From positions 123,402-160,093 of the forward strand of contig NW_003314436.1 in assembly GCF_000143415.4 (NCBI RefSeq): a stretch of 36,692 bases of DNA, given 5' to 3'. Of this stretch, positions 11,770 to 24,084 are shown piece by piece. Within the stretch, counting starts at the first letter, position 1. Each line of letters opens with the position of its first letter. Origin of the DNA: Selaginella moellendorffii. Lineage: Eukaryota > Plantae > Lycopodiophyta. Both the position numbers and the translations under genes were made by a program. Below the pieces are notes generated by a model, which saw only the letters and a program-made list of their open reading frames with translations, made no database searches and had not been told where the DNA came from.

Positions 11770-14700
11770 TGTGGGTGAGGGTGGACAACAATGGGATTTA
11801 CAGAATTCCAAGTTGAAGGAGATTTGAGTTTTTGGATCTCCAATCAAAGTGCCAAAATGCGCTCAAACTAAAGTGAATGTGAAGCAAGAGTCAATCATTA
11901 TCCTCTCGTCCGCTTCTAGTTCAAGTGGAGAAGTCATGCTAGTGTTGGAGCCAAATTCACCAACTTCAGCTCTAGCTTCAGCAATATTCAAAGTTGTTAG
12001 CAATGCTTTCCAGTTTTTTGTGCCTCTCAATCGATGTACACTTGTTTTTGTATAGGCTTGTGAGCGAGCTTCCATCCTTCTACAATAGCAACATTTTCTT
12101 CGAGCTACCACCTCTTGTCAACAGCACAAGTTCCAAACGGAAAGGGATGGAAACTAAGCAGAATGTCCACAATTGGTGCAAAATCAAGATCACACACTTC
12201 CAACATTTTGAAAGCACAGTGTCTATAATTCATTGTGGCAGGCATTTAGATTGCGTGGATGAAGCATGCAATCGAGACCACTGTAGAAATTCTATATTTT
12301 TCGAAGGGTCTGCAATCAATCCTCTAGCCTGTGACACCATTGCTATTGGATTCAAATATCGATTCTGTAAAAATACTCCTCTATGTCATGCTATCTGCGA
12401 GGCCAAAATGTACTACTTTCTTCTATGAGATGGAGTGGCTAGAAGAGTTGCAGTGCATGTTGGCACACACATGCATCCAATGCAGGAAGGGATACAAAGG
12501 AGTTTTCTTAACCGTTTCAAAGATGCTATGCAGAAAGAGACTATGAGAAACTCATCTGCAACTCCAAAGCATGTTTAGAAGACTGTCCTCAAGGATTTTT
12601 TCGAAAACACCTTACTCAATCCTAGTTGCCAAAAGACTCAACTAAACGAGGCTAGCTTGCAGGATTTACTACAAGGAGTTTAACCTGCTACTATTCTAAG
12701 AAGGTACATCCATTATATTTCATACGTTCTAATAATATCTTTTTCTTACAATATATTGTTTAGGATAAAATCTTGGATGTGTGAATCTCAAGAGGGGAAG
12801 TTACAATCAAAAATTGACTCCATCCTTGAATTGAAATAGACCTGTCCATACAAGTTTATCCACGAAAGTTTGTTTCCAAACCAAGTTATGAATGAGCAAG
12901 AGTGCCCCTTCGTCTTCAAAATGTCTACCATGGGCCTTGCTTCTGGCATAGATCTTATCTCCTGAATGGACATCTTTGGGTCCAGTGACCATGCAAATGC
13001 ATGGGTTCATTTTGACCATATGGAGCGCATATCAAGTTAGACAACCATGAAAGCTCATGTATATGATCCAAGGTAATTTTTATTCTCATTAGATTGAAAT
13101 TGTTGTAATATTTGTGTTTTCATAGGCTACGTTGTAACTTGACAATTGTGACAGTAGAGTTTAAAGTACAAGACCAAACAGCCCAGGAAATATTTTAGAA
13201 TTCCCTTTCTGATATTGTCTTAAAGCGGACTGGTAAGCCTACAAACTTTTGCGGTTTCATGGTAGATAGGGTTGGTGTAAACTGGTGGGAATGGTCAACC
13301 ATTGGAAGATCGTGAGAGGACTTGTGAGTTCCATTGGGCTCAAAGCCTAAACCAACACTGCCACCTTATCAAGCCAGAGTTTCAATCAATATTTAAAGAG
13401 TTATGCAAACGTGGCAAATTGCACCTTCTTAATAAGAGCATGAGGCAAAAGTAAATGAGTCTGAATGTGGTGGCGTGAAGATGGCCATACAAATGTAAGG
13501 TTCCTACCACAACTTGAGTCATGGTTAGGGTGGTGGGAAATTAGGATGTTCTAATGGGGACATCACTCTTTTCAGGTTGGTTTCTATTTTTTCTTCTCAT
13601 TTTATTAGTTTTTAATATTGCTTTTTCCATTAGAATCAACCACTTGAGGACCTCCCATACACCTCAACTGTGAATCTCTCCAAAAGTAAGCACTGGAGTT
13701 GGCGTTCCTCTAAGGAAGGGAAAGGGAAAATGAGTTTATATGAAGCTTGTCTATTAAATTTGATATGCGCTATAAAGCAATCTTCAAAAGCACTAGCATT
13801 CAAGGAAGGAAGATACGTGGGAACAAGGCCTTCTATTGACATGTTACATGATAGGATGAAAAGAAAATTAACTCCACCCGCCCAAGCAATGGCAATTGCA
13901 GTTGAGGAAGTGGTCTGTAGCACATCTATAAAGTACACTCTCTATTGGTGATATGAAAACTGTCCTCTCAAAGTGTCATTTTTCCTTTGCTGGTGAAGAT
14001 GTTGGTATAGAACTTGGAGTGAAAAACTCTCACAAGCCTAATGTTGAGTACCATTCTGCTCCAAGACACTACTCTCAGACCAAGCCACCTCAAGTGGCTA
14101 ATGAAGAGAGTGCATCCCAACAAGTTGAACTTGCTTATCGTAGTGTGGAGTTGAAGCAATAGGCAATCTAACGCGTGCTAGCAAAATCAAATGTAAAGTG
14201 TGTAGGGATGCTTCTGAGGGGCAAGTGTTGGGCCTAGATTTGTGGTGACAAATTTACTTCTGTTCCAGTCCCATGTTTCTATGGGGAATGAAAGCAAGTA
14301 AGATTTTTGAGATGGTGCTGGCTGTATTGTTACAACACCGACGCCAACTATACGAAGCAGCTTGAAGACACTATAGTGACTAAACCTAATGTAATACCTA
14401 AAGAATGGCTGGTTGCTAATAAGGTCATGCTCACCTCGGATGAGATTGAAAACCTTGAGAAATCTAGTTTTAATCTTGAGAGGAAAGTTGGAGACATGAA
14501 TGACAGAACCAGGACTATTCCTACAGAGATGCATAGAAGGCTAGCAAGAAAAGGTAAGGCAGTTAAATTTATTAGTATTGTCTCTAAGCAAAAGCAGGGT
14601 AAAATTAACTTGGCTCAAACATTTGAGTGTGAGATTCTCTCCACGAAGTACATCACTGCGTTTGCAAAAGAGTACATAGTCAAAACAGAAGGTGGAGAGT

Positions 14701-14903
14701 ACATAATTGCCATTCAAGACTTTCCTTCTTGCACATGTCCAGACTTTACGAAGCACAAGGAACATGGGAAGGCATATGCTCCTTGCAAGCATATGTACTA
14801 CATCTTCATCAACATCTTGCACCAGGATTCTAAAGTGGATATTCATATACACCAAGCAAGCCTTACTATTGTTGAGTTACAAAAAACTTTTGGAGCTAAC
14901 TAG
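11770..14903 (+). pseudogene. Mutator-like (MULE) transposase with C-terminal SWIM zinc finger, decayed and intron-containing
   Basis: FDHMERI..TTMKAHVYDP (~13010-13070), GFMVDRVGVNW (~13255), RERTCEFHWAQSL (~13310-13348; MULE CxxH) and PSCTCPDF...PCKHMYY (SWIM, ~14725-14800); Cys-rich N-terminal region; many stops. Confidence 0.82.
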
Positions 14904-15682
14904 ATTTCTCCAACACTATCGATGTTTATTCTCTATCAATAATATAAACTTATTATACTTTATATAATTCGTAAAAAGGTGTTTTTCCATTTCACTTTTT
15001 ATTTTATATACTTCCGAGTGTTCTTTTCGTAATACTGCCCATAGTATTCGTATGTCTCCATTTCTATCTTTACCATCTCAAAAAAGATTTCATGGTAGTC
15101 TTTCGGGTGCGTGATATTGTAGTGTGTCATGAGAGCATATATACCATCATACTAATCATTGCCATTGTTTTCATCAGATGCTAAAAAATATATATGGCAT
15201 TTCTTGAAAGTGGCAGAATCACACTTTTCTAAAACAAGTAAGAGGGCATTTTTTTTCACCCAATTTGTTGCACCCTCTGTCATTACATTTATCTCCAACT
15301 CATGATCACTCTTTCTTTTATATGCAATAAGCTTACATCAATGGTTATTTCTTTTCCTTTCAAACAGTTATATAGCTTTATATAGAATCTTATTTCAAAT
15401 TTAATAGTTTTTTAATTCTGGCAAATCTAACATTTACTAGCTAGAAAGCACAAAGTACAGATTTAAAGAAGTGACAAGAATACTCTTTTTGCAAAAATTT
15501 TATTTTATATTCTAACACACGTCCCTATCATTGCTTGTAGTAAATATTTAAATTAATAGAACAAGAAGTGTCCTTTAGAACATTTTTATCTATATAATAT
15601 ATACAGAGTTATGAAATTATTAGGTTTGCCATAACCTTAAAATTTTAAAGTTTATAACGTTTGTACTAAATTACAATTGAAA

Positions 15683-15739
15683 ATTAAACTCAACTCGTGA
15701 GCTCAACTCTTCAGCTCGTGAGCTCAAATATGGTCTGTG
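15683..15739 (-). repeat. Probable DNA-transposon terminus (5'-CACAGACCATATTTGAGCTC...) with subterminal repeats
   Basis: Repeated GAGCTCACGAG units ending in CTGTG, then an abrupt switch to gypsy pol. CACAG fits CANRG-type P-superfamily ends. Confidence 0.55.
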
Positions 15740-15744
15740 CCCAC

Positions 15745-15974
15745 AAAGAGTAGTATACTATTTCATTAGACAATAGTTTGTCAACATGCTTTTGTACGAT
15801 TGAAGAAAATCTTGACTACAGTTCCTATTCTTAGGATCCTGGATCTTGATAAACCCTTTGAAGTGCATTATGATACATCTAGCTATATTATTGGTGCTGT
15901 GTTGTAGCAAAATTGTGACAAAGCGGTTAGTGTTACACTAAGGCAACATGGTTGTCCTGTTGCATTCTATTCCA
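15745..15974 (+). pseudogene. Ty3/gypsy RT connection / RNase H N-terminal part (5' side of the insertion)
   Basis: CQHAFVRLKKILTTVPILRILDLDKPFEVHYDTSSYIIGAVL*Q...HGCPVAFYS; continues in frame after 29168. Confidence 0.9.
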
Positions 15975-15998
15975 AAGCTCTATTTCGTTAAAGTGGGA
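15975..15998 (+). repeat. Left TIR AAGCTCTATTTCGTTAAAGTGGGA
   Basis: Exact reverse complement of 29141-29164. Confidence 0.96.
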
Positions 15999-16416
15999 AT
16001 TGTCATTATCCCACTTGTAAAATAAGGTTTCCAAACCTTTATATAGTATATAAATATAACAAAATTCAACTACATTGAGGCACATGCCATTTTATTTTAA
16101 ACAAGGAAATGTCTACTCAATCACTTCTCCTCCCCCTGCCACTGCTTCACCTCTCTCTTCTCCTTGTCATCGTCGTCCAATTTCTTTCCATCCTTTTAAT
16201 ATTGGCTCAGTTGCTCCGAGTCTAGGTGGAGCCCAAGTCCCCATTCAATCTTTACTTTCCCCTTATTAATAAAACAACTTCGTAGACTTCCAATAACATG
16301 CTATAACACTTCTAGTATAATGCAAATCCTCTCAAAGAATTGTCTCTTAATATTAATACAATGGCATGGAACCCCATGCCATAATAAGTTACATTTTTAA
16401 ATAAATACATGCCATC

Positions 16417-17278
16417 TCAGACTGTTATTTTTTGCCTCCAACGCCTATACAATAATCTTGGAATTTCATCACTCTCCACACTATCAGGATTTAAACCCAA
16501 TAGTAATGCCATCTCTTCTCTAATACGTCCATGCTCATGTTCAGTGGTCGAAGAACCCATCCGGTTGAACAGATTATGGAGATGCGGATAGTGCTTGGCT
16601 AGACAATATACATGCCATAAATGATGACTGGTGTCTGTCCGATCAAATGACTTCTGATATACCGTTCCATTTGCCATTTGGTTTATTTCTGCAGCCACCT
16701 CCTGGACTGGCCGGTTCTCTATCACCATCACTCCAAGCCATTTGCAAGGTCCCCCAGAACATACGGTTTCTTCTCCCTAGTTTCCATACTGCAAGAGATG
16801 GGGTGCACTGCATATATGTGCGTGTTCGCTGTAGTTTTAATCGGCGAGTCATCGATGATGAGGATTTCACTTGACCTAGCAGTCCGGTTCATCACTACAG
16901 CCTCTGGCTTGACGAAGATGGGCTTGCTACCCCTCACATGGACCATAGTCAAGCAATCCTCCTGCATTAGGAGAAAGTCAAATGGTAATATTACTCGCGT
17001 CTGATCGTGCATCATCTGTAGCAACGTTAATGCATTGTGGCGCATCATGGATGTCCAAACTCCCAATTGCAAATTGAACCCGGCCCTCTGTTTTAAGTGT
17101 CGCATGGTCATTATTAGATCCCGCAGTTTCTCCCATGTGATTAATGTGAATCTGTCTCTTTTGAGCAACTTGCGACCGCAGGCTTTGGAGGGTGCAGTGA
17201 CATTCGAGGACGAGCCACGCTCATGGGAGAAAAGGACACCGTTCAGATCAAAAACGATACAGTACCTTCACCGTGACT
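16417..17278 (-). pseudogene. FCP1/NIF-like HAD phosphatase domain (DLNG variant), probable last exon of the ParB-like gene
   Basis: Manual translation gives RYCIVFDLNGVL (~17233-17268), then LGVWTSMMRHN, FDFLLMQEDC, KPIFVK and ILIIDDSPIK. One frameshift at ~16740 and one TGA at ~17270. Confidence 0.8.
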
Positions 17279-17325
17279 CTGAAATGAAATGCGTCAGCAT
17301 AAAAAATGGTACAAGTCAATTTTAC

Positions 17326-19240
17326 CATCTACAATATTAGCGAATGGTGCTCCCGATGGTCGTTGAGAGGGTTTTGGTCGAGGAAACGTGAAGGGCGGAA
17401 ATACTCTCCTCTGCAATGTGGGGTCAATCGCATCCGATGGCGTGTGGGCACATGCCATTTCAGCTGTAGACTCTGGTACAACTGGCTCAACAGTGGCATG
17501 GGGTGGTTCCGATGGCGTGTGATCACACGCCATTTCAGCTGGTGCCTCTGTTGGCAAAGTGGACATGACCGAACAGGCAGCAGGGGCGGTGTAGGGAGGT
17601 TCCAACGGCGCATAGTCAGACGATTGGGCACACGTTGAGTCCGTTGGAAATGAGGATACGACCGGCTCGGCGGCTGGGGCGGCCTCATGCGGGTCCAATG
17701 GCGTCTGGTCACCGTCAGTTGGATACGTGGACAAGATTGACTCAGTGGTATGGGCAGCATCAAGTGGAGCGTGGTCAGCTTGCTTGGTGTTGATATGGAT
17801 AGTAGCCTCCACCAGCTCTGATGACTCTTGCAGGCAAGTAGAGTCCACTGGCGGATCCATATGCATGTCCAAATATCTCCCTTCGATTGAGATGGTATCC
17901 TCCCGTGCTACTAAAAACAAACTCATTAGCACATTGAATCGACTATACTGTATTTACCATCAACTGCTATTGAGGAACTAGGACCGATATCACTTGGGCG
18001 CACTGCTGATTCTGAAGGATTGGACATACGTTTCGACCCTTGCTTGGCACTATCCTTCCTCGACACTAAAGGCTAGAGTTTGTAAATTCAACTGAATAAT
18101 CTCTACTTACCATTTGCTCTGCGACCTACATGGACAATGTTAGAAATGGTAAAAGGTTAGGAATGGATGTACTATTATTTACCTGATGGTTTGTCTTGTA
18201 TGACCTTCCTCCGCTGCTCTTTGGCCACCTCAGGCTGGCCATCGTCATCATCATCGTCGTCGTCGTTATTGTGATTGTCACCATTGTGAGGACCATCCAA
18301 GTCCTCTTTGTCCTCCTCTTCTTCGTCCTCCTCTTCTTTGTCCTCCTCTTCGTCCTTCTGCTCTTCCTGCTCATTATCTTTCTCTGGCTCCTCATCCCCC
18401 TCCTGCATTTCTTCCATAGGCTGCTCAGGCTGGATGGCTTGTTCTTCCAGGACCATCTTGGGAAAATCATTTGGCCGAGTCTCCATCTCAAAATACAAGA
18501 CATCCATAGCCTGTTTTAGTGCGTGACCTAGGACTGTATCCTCACCTGACTGTCTTAACATGGTTTCTGCATGTTCTTGCACCCTTCGAAGACGACGAGA
18601 TGAGAAAAACGTGGCCTTGACTTGAAAAGCATCCCTCATCCATTGTACCTCTCCATTGAGATTGGGGAAGGGGAGTCCGCCATAGGAATCTGAGTCAGGA
18701 GGTGGTGACTAGCTGCTTTCACTCAGCCCTTGATCTGCAATGAATGGCATGAGCACACACGCCATAACCGCAAGGCATTACTTATCATCTTTTCGTTGCC
18801 CTTCTTCCTTTTCGAATCAAACGCCTCTGATCCCAACGACTGTCCAACGTGCTTTTGCTTTTTATGACCACTGTCAGTTTGAGCTTGGCTGGTGCTTGCC
18901 TGTTTTGCCTTTGAAGAAGTGTCTCCTGCAAGGAATGGCATGAGACCACATGCCATTGCAAATATAATTTGTACCTCCTTTTTTCCTATTGCTTGTCTGT
19001 TTGTCCTTCTTTGACGCGCCACCAGTGCGCTTTTCAGTCCTCGTGTCTGAATATTCACAACGATCTATAATCAAAATGGCGTGAGGCCTCACGTGACCTT
19101 ACCTTGTGCAGGTTGTGAGCTCGGCCCAACATGGGTATCTTCAACATTAGCTGTTAACGCCGTTTCAGCATCTGGGGGTGGCCACGCTCCTGCATACAGA
19201 GCTTGTGAGATAACATTTAAACTTAAAGTGCGTACTCACC
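17326..19240 (-). pseudogene. Middle exons of the cargo gene: acidic (E/D-rich) and Pro/Ala/Thr-rich repeat regions
   Basis: ORFs 18175-18639 and 17294-17932 plus small exons bounded by GT-AG introns (17279-17325, 18735-18781, 18926-18974, 19047-19102). Confidence 0.6.
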
Positions 19241-21478
19241 AGGTTCGCAGAGAAGATACTGTTTTTCTTTGGCAACTATAATTATATGCTCCATTGAAGT
19301 CACCTCTTCAATGGAGTTTGTCACCGCAACACACGGGACACCCTTGAGTAGTGCGGCTCAAAAGAATAGTCCACCGCAGTTGTACTCGACAACGCATTTG
19401 CCCTTGGAGTCGGAAGCAGGTGACCCACCCGCTATTGCGTTGAAGACCCAGCTGAGCATTTCCCATGCTGCACCTGGAGCTTTCTTTGGATTCAAAAGCT
19501 CCATAGCCGTCTTCAGTTCCTCAGGCACGGGTAAATTGACCTCCCTCAGATCAATTCAATCGGCCTTGTCGAACGAAGCTGGGAAGTCACTCCAGTCCCA
19601 CTCTGCTGCAGGACCAATAACAAGGGCGAGTGTGAAGATGCGGACATTCGTCAGTATCTTCTTCTTAGCCATTATCCCATGAATCTTAATGAAATTTGGA
19701 TACTGATCCAACTTCTCAGCTTTACTTTTCGTGGCATCCCGCAGCAGATCGATGAACTTGGGGGCCCCCTTCACGTACTTGTCGATGTCTTCATTTGACA
19801 ACTCCAGCGCTTCCATCATCTCTTGTGTGGTGTCGATGCTCACCCTCTCCACGGCCACTTGCTCGAAGATCCAATCCTTCAATAGTGCACGAGCTCTCAG
19901 AGTCGTGCACAAGTCCTCGTATGTCACAATATGGCTGGGAGTCATTTTGGTCTTGTTGAAGACTACCTCACCACGTAGAAGAGCATTAGCCACTGTCAGA
20001 AGGTCGTTGTCGTCTAGAGACCGCGAGAAACGCAAAGCGTTGAGCTTCAAATCATTGGGCTTCCGGCCATCCTCCACACCCATTGAGTTTAGCAACTCCC
20101 CGTCATGGTACCTCCTCAGCACATCTACCCATTTGTCAAAAACAACTTTTGTCGTGAGTAGATTGTTATGGATGTTGAGTGTGTCATTGACCCCCAGTGT
20201 TTTCGAGAGAAGACTTGAGAATTCCTGCAATGGAAATGGCGTGAGGCCACATGCTATGCCACATGCAACGAGGCTTACCTGCCAGGCGCTAGTTGCTAGT
20301 GCACGTCCTTGTCCTGGTTTTTGTGGCTTCTTCAGTTGAACCCAGAGCTTCCGTGTTCGTGCCAATGTCTCGTGTAGACCCGATTTGTAGCACGTTTCTT
20401 GCTTGACATTCTGTGCGTGGGAGATGTATATGATAGATCGGAGGGGCGAGTTGCCTTTTATCAGGCGGACAACTCTTGTCTTGAAGACTTTCTTCACCTC
20501 CTCGCCCACCATAATATCCACAACTATCTCTTGCATCGCCAAGCTAGAATGCTGCCCGGAGACGGCATAGAACCGGATGTTCTGATCGTCCAACACCTTC
20601 CTATTGATCAAGTCTGGAAACCTCGTCTCGCCCTTCATTGTTCGGTAGTAGGGGATCACGTCTGCGATATCGGGTGTTACTGGACTTGCCAGCATCTTCT
20701 GCTTCAGTTTCTCCACCCACTCATCAGATACTAGCCTGTGGTTGTATTTGCTTTGGATGTCAATACGGCTCACGTCGATTGTATATACTTTGTTGGAATA
20801 GTAACAAGTACTATTATCTGTGACGATTTTTGCTGCCTCTTCTTGCTCTTTCTGCTCTTTGCGGCTCTTCTTTTTGGTGGGTGTAGTGTTTGAACCCGAG
20901 GCAATGGCATCACCGAGTAGCTTCTTTTTTGGAGCAGGAGAGTCGGACGTCGGCTTGAGCTTGACCACCCTTTTCTGCTTTGGGGTAGTTTCCAGATCGA
21001 CCCCCTTCCCCTTCGCTTCGCGAACTGGAGGCACTCTCAACGGCTCAATGTTGGAATATAGTTTTTGAACATCGCCGTAGGTGAGGTCCGTGGATTCCAT
21101 GTGATCTTCATAGACCCGCAGTGTCTTTGAAATTGTGGGCCTCCTGGACAACCTCTCCCTAGCTCCCTCTAGGAATTCCTCATAGCCACTGCCCCCCTCT
21201 AGGAAGCCGCTAGGATGTGCAAGGTGGATCTTGAAGGCGGACGCTGTCTCTACCACAAGTGCCAGTCCATATTCTTGCATGGAACTGCATGGAGTGTCTG
21301 TCACTTGGATGAGGATCCCCATGCATTCTTTTCTCCCACCATCTGTGTTGTACAGCCTCAGATCCTCGCCTTCCATCCCGAAAGTCCAACTGGTGAGCTC
21401 CTCCCCCTTCTCTGCATCCACATTGACAGTGGTTGGAAGAAGAATGCAATTCCCCGCCTGTTCAGAAATGCACAACAA
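19240..21478 (-). CDS. ParB-like domain protein followed by a degenerate SAM-binding-like segment (two TGA stops)
   Basis: 640-aa ORF with IDIQSKYNHRLVSDEWVEKLKQKM (Box I-like) and FYAVSGQHSSLA (DGQHR/GxxR-like, ~20537-20572); in-frame 54-nt intron 20225-20278. The frame continues past the TGA into PKKAP...GKCVVEYNCGGLFF*AALLKGVPCVAV. Confidence 0.72.
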
Positions 21479-22937
21479 TTAGAGCTGACAGATGAAAAGC
21501 TAGCAGCTGGAAATAAAGTGAGGCCACATGCCATTCACCATTGCATCAGGTGTCTTGAGGCTGCATCCTAAGATGGCGTGAGGCTACACGCCATCTGTAA
21601 CCGGACTACACTCGAGAGCCCAATCGGTGCATGCCAATGTTGCTATTGAATGGCATGTGGCCTCATGCCATTTTCTACTTGGCCTAAAAGACTTACCATT
21701 TGAAGCTGAATGGAGGCGTGATAATCGAGGCCGGACTCGCTGGCGAATGTGCACTGTATGTGCAGCGGATCGTAGCAGCAAGGCTACTCTGCCACTTACA
21801 GTTGGAGAGTGGCGCTGAAATCTCCCGGGACGCCAAGTGGGCTGTGTGTGGGTGGCAGAGTGGGTGGCGGAGTTGGCGGTGAAGTTACAAACTGGGTGTG
21901 TCTTGAAGTGGACGCCGATGCACACAAGCGCGATGCGAGTGCGAGTGTGATGCAAGCGCGAGTGGACGCCGATGCACACGAGAAACCTGTAGAGAAGGTA
22001 GATGAGCGCGAATATGAGCGTGATCGCGAGTGGGAGCGCGATGCGAGCTCGAGTGTGCGAGCGCGAGTACGAAGCAAAATGCAAAACCTAACCTCACACG
22101 CGCGAAATGTCACGACGGTTGGTAATCCCGCCACGTCATCATTCCTTGGACTTGGGCGCCACCATTAATTTCTAGATCGCCGCGCGCATGCATGCACGTG
22201 AAATCCAAAAGAAATCCGCAACGTCATTATTCCTCAGACTGCATGCACGCGAAATCCAAAAGAAAGATCATGATTGGGATATCATTTAATACCCTCGCTA
22301 TATTTATACCATGCATGATTGGATATTCCAAAGCATCTTGTATTTCCAAAAATGCCAGATGTTCAGCTAAATAAAGAATGGTATACAAAAAATCCCAAAA
22401 AATGCACCAAAAAATGCTCGGCATCATCTGGCATTATCTCTTGAATGGTGTGGCCGCATGCCATTTTCAGGGGCACATAAGAGTATATTCCTAGAATATT
22501 CTGACATGCGCAAGATTTTTTTGAGTTTTCTGGAGATCCAACCGTTAGATCGCAACTAGATTTTACAGAATGGTATACAATGTCTTTCTTGATGACCCTG
22601 CAAAGAAGCATCTCGATCGGACACCACATGAGACCACACGAGCCTTACAATGTTTCAGGGGCATTTGCCATAGATCCGACCGTTATTTTGCTCCAAGATT
22701 TTACAGTTTGGTGTGCATTGACCTTTCCATTGACACTGCAAAGGGACATCACAATCAGATGCGGGATCACAAGAAACTAACTTCACTAACTCTGGTTTCA
22801 CTAAGATCTACGTAAGGAATTATGAAATGAAAGGACCCTCTCTATTGAAATGTGTTTATGGTCCTAGAGGCATTGTGACATATCAAAGGATTTTGCATCA
22901 AGTTCTGTATTTGCATGTTTATCAAGCTACTGAATTG

Positions 22938-22964
22938 CTAAACCCTAAACCCTAAACCCTAAAC
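22938..22964. repeat. Interstitial plant telomere repeat / telo-boxes (CCCTAAA)x~4
   Basis: CTAAACCCTAAACCCTAAACCCTAAAC. Confidence 0.9.
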
Positions 22965-24084
22965 ATGTGGCAAATGCTGCATGAAAAAAGATGCCCTTTC
23001 TGGGCAAATGCTGTAAGAGGCAGATGCCGAGCAAATATATCTCAGGCTAGCGAAGGGGACAAACGAAAGCTAGCTATAAACATGACGGGATGCAAATAGA
23101 TTACTAGGCTGGTCCTGTGAAAATCAAAAACCATAATTGAAAACATTGAAAATGCAAAAAGAAAGGTTTATAATATTTTTGAATTTTAAGCAACCAAAGG
23201 AATGTAAGTAGGGCATGTGTTTGTAAGTTTAAAAATGCCTCAACCACTTAAATTCCCAAGTAAATAAAGCTATTTTTATTTTTGGTACAGATAAACTTTA
23301 TAGCGTGTGGGCTCATGCAATTTTGAACCCAAAAATGCACCAAAAAATGCTCGACTAGCATTATTCTTTGAATGGCATGTGGCCTTATATTGCCATAAAT
23401 GGACGTACACACACAGCATAATTATTCCTTTACATGGCGAATAATCTTGGCGCGGATCGCTGACATGGCATGGCAAAGTTTGAATCACTGACATGGCACA
23501 GCTGGATCGAGGCAAGGACATGATGTGACAAAGTTCAACCTCCGACAGCAAAGTCTAGAAGCTACTCAGTTTGAAATTTGTCAGAGGAATCATAAGATCT
23601 GGTTTGTCAGAGGATTTGATGTGACGTTCAAGCGTGTGTTATTTTTGAATTTTTGAACTCATTCCTAAGTCTATCATTTTTGTGCGCCGTATTCTTGGTT
23701 CCGCTGAGCGCAGTGAGCGTTGCTTGTATAAGCGGCGTTGTGAGTTGTGGTTTATGCGTCTACGAGCGGTTGCGGCATTGCGAGCGCCATTGCGAGTGGC
23801 AGTTTATGCGAGTGGCAGTTTGTGCGAGCGGCGCTACGAGCAGTTGCGGTGTTGCGAGCAGCGCTACGAGTAGTTGCGGTGTTGCGAGCAGCACTGTCTT
23901 TGGTGTGGCTACCACTTCCTCTTGATATTCGGCACTTGTGCTTCCTAGTATGTTCACGATGGAATGGCTTAGGACCACATTTAGAAATGGCATGAGGCCA
24001 CATGCCATCTTGGGCCCTTGCAATCTCATGGCTAGCGTATTGTCATGTATGTTTTTACTTGCCTACAGCTGTGTGTATATCAAG

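Noticed and set aside
6520-21478. Bacterial or phage contamination explaining the ParB and methyltransferase domains
   Set aside because: The genes have GT-AG intron candidates and are nested with plant gypsy elements, with clean TSD junctions.
19731-21571. Plus-strand ORFs antisense to the 640-aa ORF
   Set aside because: Shadow ORFs with no motifs.
21584-22168. Overlapping ORFs in the GC-rich block (also 23653-24029)
   Set aside because: Low-complexity GCGAG repeats in the promoter/UTR region.
22938-22964. True chromosome end
   Set aside because: Only ~4 units, internal to a TIR-bounded element.
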